A DNA stretch of 64,000 bases from assembly GCA_951406725.2 (NCBI GenBank), contig OX597814.1, positions 113,584,001 through 113,648,000 of the forward strand, written 5' to 3'. The translations under genes and the position numbers were made by a program. The notes beneath the pieces are model-generated. The model did not search any database. It was not told where the DNA came from and worked only from the letters and a program-made list of their open reading frames with translations. The first letter of the stretch is position 1, and each line of letters starts with the position of its first letter. This document shows positions 1-14,137 of the stretch, one piece after another. Source of the stretch: Octopus vulgaris. Lineage: Eukaryota.

Positions 1-62
1 AAACATCGCAAACTGCTGTTTAAATTAATTTCATATATATATATATATATTCGCGCACACAC

Positions 63-137
<75 letters not shown>

Positions 138-139
138 TA

Positions 140-645
140 TATATATCCCCTTCACTGTTCCCTCTCTTTCTTTCTCACTCTTCCTCCTTGACTCTCTCGT
201 TGCTCACACGTGACCAACGCCTATCTTTCTTCCACTTCCTTCCTAAAGACAAGACGTGCTTTTGCCTGTCTCTTCTCAAAGCTCGTTTCTCCAGCGTTCA
301 CCACTTCACATCGTCTTGGCTTAACAGCCCTCGCTGTTTGTTTTTACTGTTTTATTGTTACTGTCATGTTTTTGTTACCACTTTAACCCTCTGCAAAAAA
401 TCTCAAATTTTATTTAATTTGCTTCGTGGGAAGGATTGTTTTAACGAAGTCGTGTCTTACCCCAACATTCGGAACGCGGAGTAGATAAATCAGGGAAAAA
501 CTGATGAAGGGAATGTTCTTTATGTTGCCTGTCTCATTTCTGTCTTTGTTCCTTTCGTTGTTCGAAAAAAAGTTCGTTTTCTATGTTTTTGTTTTTTTAT
601 GTTCTCGTTTCTCATTTCGTTTGCGTTTTTTGATGTCCTGTACCT
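140..645 (+). mobile_element. Penelope-like non-autonomous repeat (family P1); related copies at ~10850-10990 and ~43255-43540
   Basis: The three copies share aaCTGA(T/A)GAaggg..ttc.ttatgttg...tttcgttgtt.. followed by a T-rich tail. All lie in TA/TG microsatellites. Confidence 0.5.
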
Positions 646-694
646 ATATATACATATATATATATGTAGATATGTACATATATGTATGTAAATA

Positions 695-732
<38 letters not shown>

Positions 733-770
733 TTTGCAATGTTTCACCAGAAACAGAGAATTGTATAAAT

Positions 771-828
<58 letters not shown>

Positions 829-2114
829 TGTATGTGCTTTTTATGTGTCCATGTGTGAGTTGGTGTGTGCTTAGGTACACCGTTAAGTATTGCCGATACA
901 TGGGTTTTATTGGCATGTATTTTTATGTATATTTATATGTATATATATATATTTATATTTTATAAATATTAAAAGAAAATATTCGTATGTGTCGATAGTC
1001 AAATTAATAACTGTATGAGTATAATTGGCTAATTTGAGTTTATATCTTAATTCGTATCATTTGTCTCGGGTTCAACTCGAGCACTTCTTAAGTAGTTCTA
1101 TATTTTTGTAAGAAATGACAATAATCTCTTATTATAAAAGGCAGATTTTATCTGCCTCCCTTTGTCAGTTATAGAAATCTACAATATAGGATTTCTTCAA
1201 TTACAATTTACCTAGCATTTTTAAGAGTAGAATGCATCGGGTCATGCCAGGTCCAGTTTTTAAAATTTAAACTCCAATTAAGCAAAATTTACAGAAAACT
1301 CACATTCTGGTGTGTATGTCAAATGCTTTTCTTAGTCTGGTTTACAGCACACGCAAACGCACACACACAGTGTGCAACGAATAAAGTGTAACTAGATGTA
1401 ATATTTAAAAAAGAAAGCAGCAAACAGAAACAAATAAATACATAATGATTTACTCCTCACACAATTTCTTCAATTAGACTTTACCTATGATTTTTCAAAG
1501 AACTTCCATTGGTTCATGCCATACAAAATTTCTTTCAATTTCACCCCCAATTAAGACAAAATTCGAGAAAACTCAATATTTTAACATTTCACTTTGAAGC
1601 CTTTACTCTGCCTATTACTCCCACTTCCTCATTAGACACATAGACACGCTAATATATACGACAGTGTCAATTGTTGACAGACATTGTAAGCTAACGTGTG
1701 TGTGTGTGTGTGTGTGTGTGCGTGTGTGTGAGGGTGCGTGTGTGTGTGTGTGTGACAGGGACGACCCATTCAGACTGGTCATCTTTTTTGCTAGAAGATC
1801 ACCTATGCTACACCACTGGTTTTCAGTTCATATTAATCAAATTAATATTCACAAGAAGAAGGACTATTCATTATAATACATCAGTTCCATCGGACAACTG
1901 CACAAACATTTGCCATTTTACACATGTATGTAAACAAATTCCTTTCTTTTAGAATTTCAATTCATTTACTTTTTCAATTCATACAAAGTTATTTAGGACG
2001 AATATAACATCTAAAGTTATCTCTAAGAAGCAGAAAGATCGCCCAAAAGTGTATATAGATATTTAAATGTATTTATATATTCATCTATACACACATGTAT
2101 GTATATATATATAT

Positions 2115-2380
2115 ACATACATAAGACAGTAAGGTGTGATTTGAGGGAGATTTGGCTGCTATTTCTACCATGTCTAGCTGCCATGTAGAGGTCTCCCTCA
2201 TAGGCTCATACATACATATATACATAGATAAGACAGTAAGGTGTGATTTGGGGGAATTTTGGATGCTATTTCTACCAGGTCTAGCTACCATGTAGAGGTC
2301 CCCCTCATTGGCTCATATATATACATAAGACAGTAAGGTGTGATTTGAGGGAGATTTGGCTGCTGTTTCTACCAGGTCTG
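2115..2380 (+). repeat. Three-copy ~100-bp tandem repeat of an interspersed-repeat fragment
   Basis: ataagacagtaaggtgtgatttg(a/g)ggga.atttgg.tgct.tttctacca.gtct occurs three times. Related single copies at ~32840-32885 (-), ~63325-63365 (+) and ~63810-63850 (-). Confidence 0.8.
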
Positions 2381-2454
2381 TTAGGCCTTCTCATGTAAAC
2401 TCAAGCTTTCTCATGCCTTGAACATAAGACCAAAGCAGAGAATGTATTCTTTTA

Positions 2455-2690
2455 TTCTTCTGCTTTTTCCAGCCATTGGTCTGTGGCCATGCTGGGGCAA
2501 TGCCTTGAAGAATTGTAGTTTAATGAATCAACTCCAGTTTTATTTTTGTAAGCATTGTACTTATTCTATCTGTTTCCTTTGTCAAACCACTAGGTGACAG
2601 GGATGTAAACAAACCAACATTCGTTGTCAAGCAGTGGTGGAGGACAATCACAAGCACAGACACGCACACACACACACATACATGCATACA
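2455..2690 (-). mobile_element. SINE family A, 3' half (diverged); similar fragment at ~8445-8635
   Basis: Reverse complement of the family A tail (cgcttgacaac..ggt.tgtttac.tccc.gt.ac.tag.ggtt...gatagaataagtac...ccagcatggcc). Confidence 0.75.
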
Positions 2691-2742
2691 CATATACACA
2701 CATACATACATATATATATATATATATGTGTGTATATATATA

Positions 2743-3065
2743 TTGCAGCGTGGAAGGTGTTTCTAAGCCATTTAAGAAACACACAAAAACCGTTAGATTC
2801 ACTTCAACATTTAAATTTAATTTGCCAAAATATTTTCCTCGCTTTGAGACCGCGACCTGTTCACTGACAAAAATATCGTGCTAACAGGTCGCGGTCTCAA
2901 AGCGACGAAAATATTTTGACAAATTAAATTTAAATGTTGAAGTGAATCTAACGGTTTTTGTGTGTTTCTTAAATGGCTTATAAACACCTTCAACGCTGCA
3001 ACTGTTTTCGTTCCAGCACACGATCTCAGATCAAGTCACTTGCTATGCAAGTACATCTCTGTAAC
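2743..3065. mobile_element. Palindromic Penelope-like element (family P2) with a hammerhead-like motif
   Basis: 119-bp inverted arms (2743-2861 / 2883-3001), flanked by TA runs. Same family at 38462-38665 and 39344-39638. Confidence 0.75.
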
Positions 3066-3077
3066 TATATATATATT

Positions 3078-3108
<31 letters not shown>

Positions 3109-3171
3109 TGGTAAAAACAGTAAGATAACAAAAGAAAGAAAGAGACCTCAATATTATGTAAATAGAGGAAA

Positions 3172-3565
3172 TCTTTATATATAAAAGTGAGGTTGTGTGT
3201 CTGTCTCCTACGATTTAGATTCCTAACTACTCCCACATTTTGCGGTGCAGTTTAACCAAAACCGGGTATCTTATAGTCGTGATTCATATCGAGACCGTCT
3301 GGGTATTAGCGCGCGTCTACGATGAGTCTACGATTTAAAAAAAAATTTACCATCAATTTTTCCCATTTTTAATCCATTTTTGACATATATAAGGGAATTA
3401 ACTCTCTAAAATTTATTATTAAATCTCAGAACGTAAAAAGCTACAGTAACACCCCTCCCCCTTTGTGGTTAGCCATATTGAGATGGCTATTATACTTTAC
3501 ATCTCTAAAAATGCTTATATAATTATTTCCCTTACAAACCCGAACAACGCCGGCGATACTGCTAG
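3172..3565 (+). mobile_element. Non-autonomous Helitron-like element
   Basis: A|TCtttatatataaaa 5' end, internal gtgtgtctgtc, 3' GC hairpin (cccgaacaacgccgg) and CTAG|T terminus. The 3' end is shared with the element at 14137. Confidence 0.8.
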
Positions 3566-3842
3566 TATATATATATATATGTGTGTGTGTGCGCGCGCGC
3601 GTGTGTATACATATATATATATGTGTGTGTGTGTGTATGTATATATGTATATATACATACATACGCACACGTATATATATACAGACATACACACATTCAT
3701 GCATAATACCTATCTATCTATCTATCTATCTATCTATCTGTCTGTCTCCCTCTCTCTCTATATATATAATATATATACGTATACACACACACACACACAC
3801 ACACATATATATGCATGCATATATATATATACATATGCACAA

Positions 3843-3891
<49 letters not shown>

Positions 3892-4360
3892 TGTAGACAC
3901 ACATGTAAATGTCAAACGATGATACGTGTTCAGACTCCAATAAGGATGTTGTTAATCTTCCTTAGCATTGAAATCGATAAAAAAGAATTCATGCACCCCC
4001 CCCACACACACACACACACAACGCTCGATAAGCACCTAACTACGTAGTCCCCTGTCCCAAACACTACAGAAACCACCGTCGCTTTCGTATATTTAAACAA
4101 CTCCCATTACTTGGCTTTTGGGGTTTTTTATTGCTTTTCGTTTTCCAGTTTAAAAATTCACAAAGTGCCCGTAAGTGGCGATAATCTCTTACAGCCGGGC
4201 TGGAGAACTTGACGAAAGTCGTTTATATTGAAACAGATCTTAATCTTGTATTGACTCTGGTTAAGTGTTGAAATCTTTAATTTACTTTGAACTGTTACAA
4301 CTTGCTTAGACGAACTAGTAGACTACACACACATACGCGCGCACGATAACAGGGATTGAT

Positions 4361-4396
<36 letters not shown>

Positions 4397-4430
4397 GTGT
4401 GTGTGTGTGTGTTCCAATATATGTGTGTGC

Positions 4431-4472
<42 letters not shown>

Positions 4473-4479
4473 TGACAGT

Positions 4480-5850
4480 ACTTTGATACTTTTTCGGCCA
4501 GTATTGGCCCAGGTCATGTCTAACTAGGCACCACCTGGCGGAAGTCATTCAAAACAGGAATCGAACAACATGGCCCACTCGTGGACAGAGTTATTGTTTG
4601 TGGAGGCATATCAAGATGGAGGAGGTTTATGCGGAATTTTTTGAAAGAATTTGTCCAAAGACTTTTTGAACTTTATGGGGTCTGTTTCTGCTTTAATGTG
4701 TTTTGGTGTAATGTTTAAAGAGAGTGGGGATAATTGAGGTGAAATAATTGCGTTGTATTGTTGTTATGTAATGCGAATATGGTTTATATTGTGGGCGGAT
4801 AGCACCGGGTCCAAATCTTGGGTGAATCTTAAAGACGATGCCAACATAATTTGAGCAATGCTGATGGAATATTTTCCACATCATGCTGATGATGTAGCGC
4901 TCAATGAGGCGTTGGAGGGAATAAAGATTGAGCTCCAATAGTCAAGGCCTGTGGACTCCAGTAGTCAAAGCCTGTCATGCCATCTATCTTTTTTGTAATT
5001 GACCTTTTGAGGTGTTTCAATTTGATGATACTTTGTTTCGTGTGGGGTGACCACTGTGGACAACAGTATTCAAGGTGGGGGCCGGGCAAAAATAGAGAAG
5101 AGAAGGATAATGGTATGGATATCTCTCAACTGGAAAGTTTCTGTGAATCCAGAAACGCATTCTGTGGGCCATGTCAACTCTGCTGTTTATATGAGCGGCC
5201 CAGTTTCTGTTGTTGTCCACAATTACTCCCAAGTCTCTGATGTTGTTGGATGCCATGAGAGTGTCACCTGAAGGAAAGGAGTATGGGACTTTCAAGGTAT
5301 CCTCTTTTCTGAAGTGGATTAACTCGAATTTGTCCTTGTTCAACAGCACATATTTTTTCCTGCCTATCGGTTGACAGACAGTAGATCTGTCTGAAGGCAT
5401 GCCAAGTCACCCACTTCATTGATGTCCTTCTGGATCTTGGAATCATCTGCAAAGACTCTTATGTTACTGTGCTTGATGATGTCAGTAACGTCATTGGTAT
5501 AGGTGATGAAAAGAAGTGGGCCCAACATAGTGCCTTGTGGAACATCACTACTGACTTTGGCTGGGCGTGATTTTACTCCTTCGACTACAACGCGATATGT
5601 TCTGCCCGTCAGGAAACACGTGATCCCTTGTAGTAACTTTCCAGAGACACCAATGTTGGATAGTTTTTTCAAGAGGATCTTTATAATCCATCTTGTCAAA
5701 GGCTTTGCTGAAATCAAGGCAGATGGCATCAGTATTGGAGCCCTCTCCCGAAGCTCTCAAAATGTCATTAAGGTGATGCAGGTGCTGCGTGAGGCAGTCC
5801 CTTCCATTACGGAATCCATATAGTTTTCTTATATCAGAGTAATAAGGCAT
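4480..5850 (-). pseudogene. Decayed CR1-group LINE reverse transcriptase (3' part of ORF2 and 3' UTR)
   Basis: Frameshifted pieces: GFRNGRDCLTQ, CLDFSKAFDK, VPQGTMLGPLLF, FADDSKI, LNKDK, IRDLGVIVD, PHLEYCCPQWSP. Confidence 0.93.
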
Positions 5851-5867
5851 TTCAACATAACAACCTT

Positions 5868-5899
5868 ACCCCCCGGGGATTACCGGGTACACCAGCTAG
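5868..5899 (+). mobile_element. Helitron-like 3' terminus
   Basis: cccggggattaccggg hairpin about 10 nt before CTAG|T, followed by (TA)n. Confidence 0.55.
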
Positions 5900-5932
<33 letters not shown>

Positions 5933-6226
5933 TATATACATACACATACACACATATATGTACGCGCGCGCACACACACACACACACACAGAGGCTTGTA
6001 CATAAGCATACATCACACATACACACGATCAACATAGACAAGCCCAGTGCAATTTCTTTTCGTCAAACTATCATCGCAAGTTATTGCTCAGTTTGTAATT
6101 ATATTTCCGGGTATCATGCGCCCAAGATGCTATGGATCAGGGTGGTACCCAGAAACACGCGTTTGGGAAGTGATCTTCTTAACTACCGCCTGGTCTTAAT
6201 ATATACATGATGGTGTCTTCGTGTAT

Positions 6227-7402
<1,176 letters not shown>

Positions 7403-7460
7403 TTGTGTATATATGTATACATTTGCATTGCTTTATATGATTAATAATTTGTTTTTCGAT

Positions 7461-7740
7461 GAAGGCGCTTGGCCTAGCGGGCAGGGTGTTGCATTCTCGA
7501 TTGCGAGAACGTGGGTTCGAATCCCGGATCGGCGTTGCTTTGTGTTCTTGAGCAAATCACTTTATCTCACGTTGCCCCTCGATCACTTTGGCCTTTTACG
7601 GGTGGTATACATCGTGCATCAGTTCAGACAACGTCGATTTGATGGAGAAAGTGAGCTGATGATGTACAGTGTGTACATTTGATCACCATAAACAAATCAT
7701 TTATCATTTGTATCGTGGTTTAGCAAGACATTGCAGAACC
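7461..7740 (+). mobile_element. tRNA-derived SINE (family C-type head)
   Basis: A box (tggcctagcgg), B box (ggttcgaatccc), then the CORE-like segment tgtgttcttgagcaa.tcactt. Confidence 0.75.
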
Positions 7741-9021
7741 GTCTTTGACAGATTCTAGAGACTTCCATTGAAAAGCAATTCTTTCTCTTCAGCCTGTTTT
7801 TTGTTTCCCCCTTAAATCACATATTAATTCTCCAATTTATACTTGCTGCCTCACCCTCTCTGTCGCTCTCGTACACACACACGCACGCACGCACATGCTC
7901 TCATAATACTTGTTCTCTCTCTCCTTCACACACACACACACACACACACGTACACAAACGCACATACCACACACACTACCCACTCCTGATATATTTCCAG
8001 CGATCACTGAACTTCCCCTTTCTGAAACACAATACGATTAACCGGTACCAAATTCTCACATTCTTGCCCTCGCCCCTAACTCTACCACTCTGTAACCAAT
8101 CCACTTTAGGAGGGTCTAAACGGTCCTTGGTCAGTGTTTTTACACCATCGAAACATGACTAAAAAACAAACAAAAACTGTTAAGCTCGAGTCATTGAGTT
8201 CTTTTATACAAATATGGCACTACACAGCTATCTGTCTTGAACCCGTTTGATGTCTGAAAGTGTTTCGCCGCCCAACATTGGAATATATTTTTTTAATCTG
8301 TAGCTAAATAGTCGGTTGTTAATGGCAGAATAAATAAACAGGAGCGAAACAAAATAAATTCGATTTGGATCCCTCTTGGAGAAAGGAATTAATATGGGAG
8401 TTTTACCGAGAAATGAAGAATGAAAATTAGTTATCTTTGTCTTTTTGATCCTTTACTTGTTTCGATCATTGGATAGCGACCATGCTGGGACATCGCCTTG
8501 AAGAATTTAGGTTCAACAAATCGCGCGCCCCCTCCCTACGTTAGGCCATATTTTAAGTCTGGTACTTGTTCAATCGGCCTTTTTTTGCCGATCTGCTTTG
8601 CTAAGTTACGGAGACGTAAACAAACCAACACCGATCTCTGTCTTCTAGAGTTATGTTTAATATTGTATTTTACTTGCTGTTCAATTAAAAGCATTCGAAG
8701 CAGTTAAGGAGTGTGTCTATCAACTCGTCTGAATTTGTTAACAGAGGAAATTATACACAAACACTTCTGTACGGGCATTGACAAATAAGTCTCGCATATG
8801 AGCTGACATAGGCACGGATCAGAAACTAGCAAAAACTACATTCTCTAAATATTTTCTAGGGCAGTCGCACACGCCATGTGTTGACCTTGGACAAGTTTCT
8901 TAAGAATAAAAACTCTTGACCATGTGTTTCAAGTAAACTCTTACATTTTGTTTTAAGAAAAGAAACTAACTGATAAGTGGGTCCTCAAAAGACGGATGAC
9001 AACAACAACAACAACAATAAT

Positions 9022-9232
9022 AATGGTTTTAAATTTTGGCACAAGGCCAGCAGTTTCGGGGAAGGGAGTAAGTCGATTACATTGAACGCTGTGTTAACTG
9101 GTACTTATTTTATCGACCCAGTAAGATAAAAGGCAAAGTCGACTCTGGTGGAATTTGAACTCAGAACGTAAAGTCGGACGAAATGTCGCTTAGCATTTTG
9201 TCCGGCGTATTAACGATTTTGCTAGCTCGCCT

Positions 9233-9265
<33 letters not shown>

Positions 9266-9450
9266 TTAGTAAAATAACGAGCTTTCGTCCGTCTTTACCT
9301 TCAGAGTTCAAATTCCATCGTGGTCGACTTTGCCTTTCATCCATTCGGGGTCGATAAAATAAGTACCAGTTGCGCACTGGGGCCGATGTAATCGACTAAC
9401 CCACTCCCCCGAAATCAAGACTTGTGCCTAAGACAGAAAGGATTGTTATT
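9022..9450. mobile_element. Two oppositely oriented SINE family B copies (9022-9232 -, ~9285-9450 +) around a (TAA)n tract
   Basis: Shared body gagttcaaattcc.ccgaggtcgactttgcctttcatcc.ttcggggtcgataaa.taagtaccag. Confidence 0.88.
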
Positions 9451-9782
9451 ATTACATTGGTAAAAGATGTATGCTGGATGCGATTCAAGGGGCCGAAGAT
9501 AAACACTTTCCTCTTTGGCCAATCTCTGCTCAACTCTCCAAGTCTCTTGAAGAGGAAAATAAGGCTGAAGAGGTAAGTGTTGCCTTCCAGCCATTTTGTT
9601 GAGAGTGGCAAGCATGGTGCGAGTGAATGGGCCAGCCCTGAGTGTAAGCCTGTAAATCGGAGATAAAGAATTGAGAGAAGGCCCTTGTCCCAGAAGTCAG
9701 GGCGCCCGAGGTTTTATGGGGTTTTTTCCGTGTGCAGCCCTCGAATTATAATTTTATCCCACTTTTTATTATTATTATTGGA

Positions 9783-10098
9783 GTCTTCTACTATAGACTC
9801 GGGCCGACCAAAGCCTTGTGAGTGGATTTGGGAGATGGAAACTGAAAGAAGCCCGTCGTATATATGTATGTGTGTGTGTATGTGTGTGTACATTTTTGTG
9901 TGTCTGTGTTTGTCCCCCCAACATCGCTTGACAACCGATGGTAGTATTTACGTCCCCGTAACTTAGAGTTTCGGCAAAAGAGACCGATAGAATAAGTACT
10001 AGGCTTATAAAGAATAAGTCCTAGGGTCGATTTGCTCGACTAAAGGCGGTGCTCCAGCATGGCCCCCGTCAAATGACTGAAACAAGTAAAAGAGTAAA
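9783..10098 (+). mobile_element. SINE family A, 5'-truncated
   Basis: gtcttctactatag..cgggccgaccaaagccttgtgagtggatttgg..., internal TA/TG run, then tail ...gtcaaatgactgaaacaagtaaaagag. Confidence 0.9.
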
Positions 10099-10367
10099 CC
10101 TGTTTACATACAAAAGACACACACCAATTCACACGCGCACACATAGACACACATTCAGCGTTTTCCCAAAATCTTTGGAGAAAAGGAATTGGAGACGGCA
10201 CTCTCCCTTGCAGTTCTGGAGATCTTGGACGGTGGGGTCCCTCGACTACGCCAAGAAGTGCCCCTGTACCAAGGAGGACCTCATCACTATCATCCTTTTT
10301 CATCCTTTCGTTTTACTATTGTAAATACCATGTATGCTTCCATCTTTGTTTTACTTTATACCGAGTA

Positions 10368-10421
<54 letters not shown>

Positions 10422-10491
10422 TATATATATATATATATATATATGTATATAGGTATATATATATATATATATATATGTATATAGGTATATA

Positions 10492-10524
<33 letters not shown>

Positions 10525-10803
10525 ATATGTATGCGTGTATATGTATATATGTATGCATGTATATGTATATATGTATGCATGTATATGTATATATGTATGT
10601 TTCTATATACATATATGTATGTTTCTATATACATATATGTATGTATCTAAATATATATATATATATATGTTTGTATATATATGTATATGTATATATATAT
10701 ATGTATATATATATGTTTATATATATATATGTATATGTATATATATGTACATGAATATGTATATGTATATATATGTTTGTGTATGTGTATATGTATATAT
10801 GTT

Positions 10804-10838
<35 letters not shown>

Positions 10839-11118
10839 ATGTATGTGAGTAGATGAAACAGAGACAACTGAAGAAGGGGAGTATTCTTTATGTTGCCTTC
10901 TCGTTTCTCTGTTTTTTCGTTGTTCGAAAAAAGTTCGTTCTATGCTTTTTTTTTTGTTTTCATTTCTCATTGTGTTTTTATGTGCTGAACCCATATATGC
11001 ATGTATATATACATATATATGTAGGTATGTACATATATGTATCTATGCATATGTGTATGCATATATTTATATATTATTTAGATTATTATTATATATATAT
11101 ATGTGTGTGTGTATCTGT

Positions 11119-11175
<57 letters not shown>

Positions 11176-11874
11176 TAATTTCATAAGGAAGCCCTTATAC
11201 TTGATGTGTGTCCTTGTATTGTCCCCCCAGCCTTCGACTTGATAACAAAAAAAATCAACAAATTATTATTATCAATATCTATTATTAATGCTATTTCCGA
11301 AGAGCGTTGTAGTTCGCTTGAAGCATTGTAAGACACAAGTAGAACATACTTTTGTAAACTATAAACGATGCTTTAATTAAATAGATTACATTCAGCAAAA
11401 CTGATAACATTAAACAGTGACTGCGAGGTATTTTCAGGAACATCACATCTAAAGTACCTGTTAAACAATCAAGCAATATTACCCCCCACCCCCATCACAA
11501 CCAGACCCTAAACCTACATACATATTTATCCCGTATTTTGGGGTCCTCCCTCATATCTCACCCACTAACAGCCTTTCCTTTATAACCTCATAGCAGAAAC
11601 TTACTTATGGTGTTGTTGTTTTTGATAAAAATGGAAAAAAAAAAAATAAATAAAGAATAGAGATATGAGAGTAAAAAGAAAATAAAATGGTTGTTTTAAG
11701 AATGTTGGCTATCAGCCAAGATTAGTGTCATGAAGTATTTGTGTTACATACGCAGGCGTACGTACACGCACACACACACACATGCACATCCATTGAAATT
11801 CTTTTTGCGTTCGCTTTGCCATACTCGCATAGATCGGATATATATAAGTATATAGATATGTGTATGTACTAGCG

Positions 11875-12178
11875 AGTATTTCAGCCAAAACGTTGTGTAC
11901 ATTTAAACACTAGTGTACATTTAAACATTAGGTACCCTCACCTTGTTTGTTGTTACCACAACGTTTTAGCTGAAATACTCTCCAGGCTTCATCAGGTATC
12001 CTGGGGTAATTTCGAACCTAACCCTTTATTTGACTACTGGGGTACTCTGTTCTCATTCTTAAGGTATTTTTTTGCTGATGTTATTACTTATTCAAGTCAC
12101 TGTCTGGAATTGAACCCGGAATACTTGAGGTTAGTAGCGCACGCTCTTAACTACAACGCTATATGCCCGTGGGCATAT
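11875..12178 (-). mobile_element. tRNA-headed short element with a hammerhead-like, Penelope-type tail
   Basis: Minus strand has a Pol III A-box-like (tagcgttgtag) and B box (ggttcaattcc) at ~12105-12162, then CTGATGA-stem-AAAA-cgtt at 11995-11960. An inverted partial copy lies at 11875-11897. Confidence 0.6.
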
Positions 12179-12883
12179 ATAGAACAGTATGTGTTTAATA
12201 TGTATATTTATGTATGTATTTATGCATAACTGTATGTATATATGTATGTCTATGCATATATGCACGCTACCCACCCCCGTATCACACGAACACACACACA
12301 TGCGCACACGCATATTTATATGTTTAGCGACAACCCCAGAAATTGGATCCAGTGGAGTTATGTCAGTGAACTGGTCGCAGTTCGCGCGACGAAAATTTTG
12401 GTGCTAAATTGTAAATAATTTTAACAGACTTTGTCCCTTATTGAATGGTTAACATGCCTCTCTTCCGCTGCAACTGAGGTATATGTATGCATATATATAT
12501 GTACATATATATACACGCACAATTTTTTGCATGTATTTATGTATGTACATATATATGTATATATATATGCATGTATGTATGCATATGTATACACGTATAT
12601 ATATATACACGCACACACACTCCTGTCACAACATGGGACCTTGAAGACTGCTTTAATGCAAGAAAGTATACTAGTCCCTTAATATTTTATATTCAATATT
12701 TCATCTATTCAATAAGACAATCAATACTTCATTTCATTTTACTATATATACTATTTATACTATATATTCTACATTAATATTATAAAGAATATAAATAAAA
12801 CATGAAAAACAGACAGAGTTGGAATTCCTTTGAATAATATATACCCCTCTATACACAATCATACAAAGCCCTTTATATATATA

Positions 12884-13708
12884 TCTATATATATAAAACT
12901 CACGTTGTGTGTCTGAGTGTGTATCTGTGTGTGTCTGTGTGTTTAACTTCCCGGCACATCACCTCCTAGCCAACAAATCGTAGAACCACCAAAAATGGGT
13001 CATTTAAAATTTAGGCGAATGAAAATTAAACAGCGCTATTTCTGTTCCGAAATTCATCTCGCAAGTGCAAAAATCGATAATGCGTTTGTTTAGGCCATAT
13101 CCCATGCATTGAATAGTGAACTTTACTCAGTCAGCTGTTTGACGTGAACTGTGTTCACCACGCGTCAAGCATACGTAAATTGCATGTAAAATAAAAAAAA
13201 ATCAAGATATTAAAACGAATCGACGTAAACATTGTAGAAATTCGGCAAAGAAATGAATTTTCGGGAGGGTTTTTTCGTATTAATCGTTCGGACTTTGTTA
13301 ACACATACCAATTGTTTTCATAACATTTTTAACGCTTTGAATTAAATGTGACCATTTTGCGTTGAGTCTGCAGTTAGAATCACTTTAACCAAATTTTAGC
13401 ATGCCGGATTTTTGATCATCACGATGTATCGCCAGCGACTCCCTGAAACTCTCCCCTGAAATCCCCGTTGAGAAATACTGATCTAAAAGAATAATTCAAC
13501 AATGCAATTATTTGATCAACAAAAATTTATGAAACGCTTCTACATATTTTCTATTGAGGAAATGGAACACATAAGCGCAAAAATAGAGGGCATTAAATGC
13601 TTGATTTTAAAATCAAAATAATTGAATTTTGATTGAACTTCATCCAAGTTTAGCTTAATTCGCGCGTGCATAGAACGCACGAGCGCATGAGCCGGGCAAT
13701 ACTACTAT
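12884..13708 (+). mobile_element. Helitron-like non-autonomous element
   Basis: A|TCtatatatataaaa..gttgtgtgtctg 5' end like the 3172 element. GC-rich 3' end (gccgggcaatactacta). Confidence 0.65.
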
Positions 13709-13784
13709 ATATATATATATATATAATATATGTATATATGTATGTATGTATATATATGTGTGTGTGTGTGCGTGTGTATGTAAA

Positions 13785-14100
13785 GGTCACCATCCCTCTT
13801 ACACACGCACATACATACTCTCTTATACCCACGCACGCGCACCTTCGTTTTGGGATCACCACTACTTCATTATCTCCTCTTCTTCCTAGCTCTCCTGTGT
13901 GACCCCTCTGTCCGGCTTTCGCCATGATAGATCGCTAGCCACTACACATTCTTTATTTTCTCTCCTTGTCTCTTTCTGTGGAAGAGCGTAGGCACGAAAC
14001 GTTAAAGACCTTGTCACTTCCAGAGCGTTAAACTAATACATCTGTTTGTTGTCTACACCACCTGTCTTTGTCTTTTGTTTTGTTTTTTTGTGAATTCTCC
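13785..14100 (+). mobile_element. Penelope-like terminal repeat with a degenerate hammerhead motif (13971-14008)
   Basis: tcttt-ctg-TGGAAGA-gcgtaggcac-GAAA-cgtta-aaga, T-rich tail, flanked by TA/TG runs. Confidence 0.5.
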
Positions 14101-14103
14101 CAT

Positions 14104-14136
<33 letters not shown>

Positions 14137-14137
<1 letters not shown>

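Noticed and set aside
2115-2380. Repeat-spacer-like periodicity suggesting a CRISPR array (also 22030-22230)
   Set aside because: The whole unit repeats without unique spacers, the context is eukaryotic and there are no cas genes.
9470-9580. Short ATG-initiated frame (MLDAIQGAEDKH...) ending at GAG|GTAAGT, as a candidate first Tbx1 exon
   Set aside because: It ends in phase 0 while exon 24059 needs phase 1. It has no recognisable homology and lies between SINEs.
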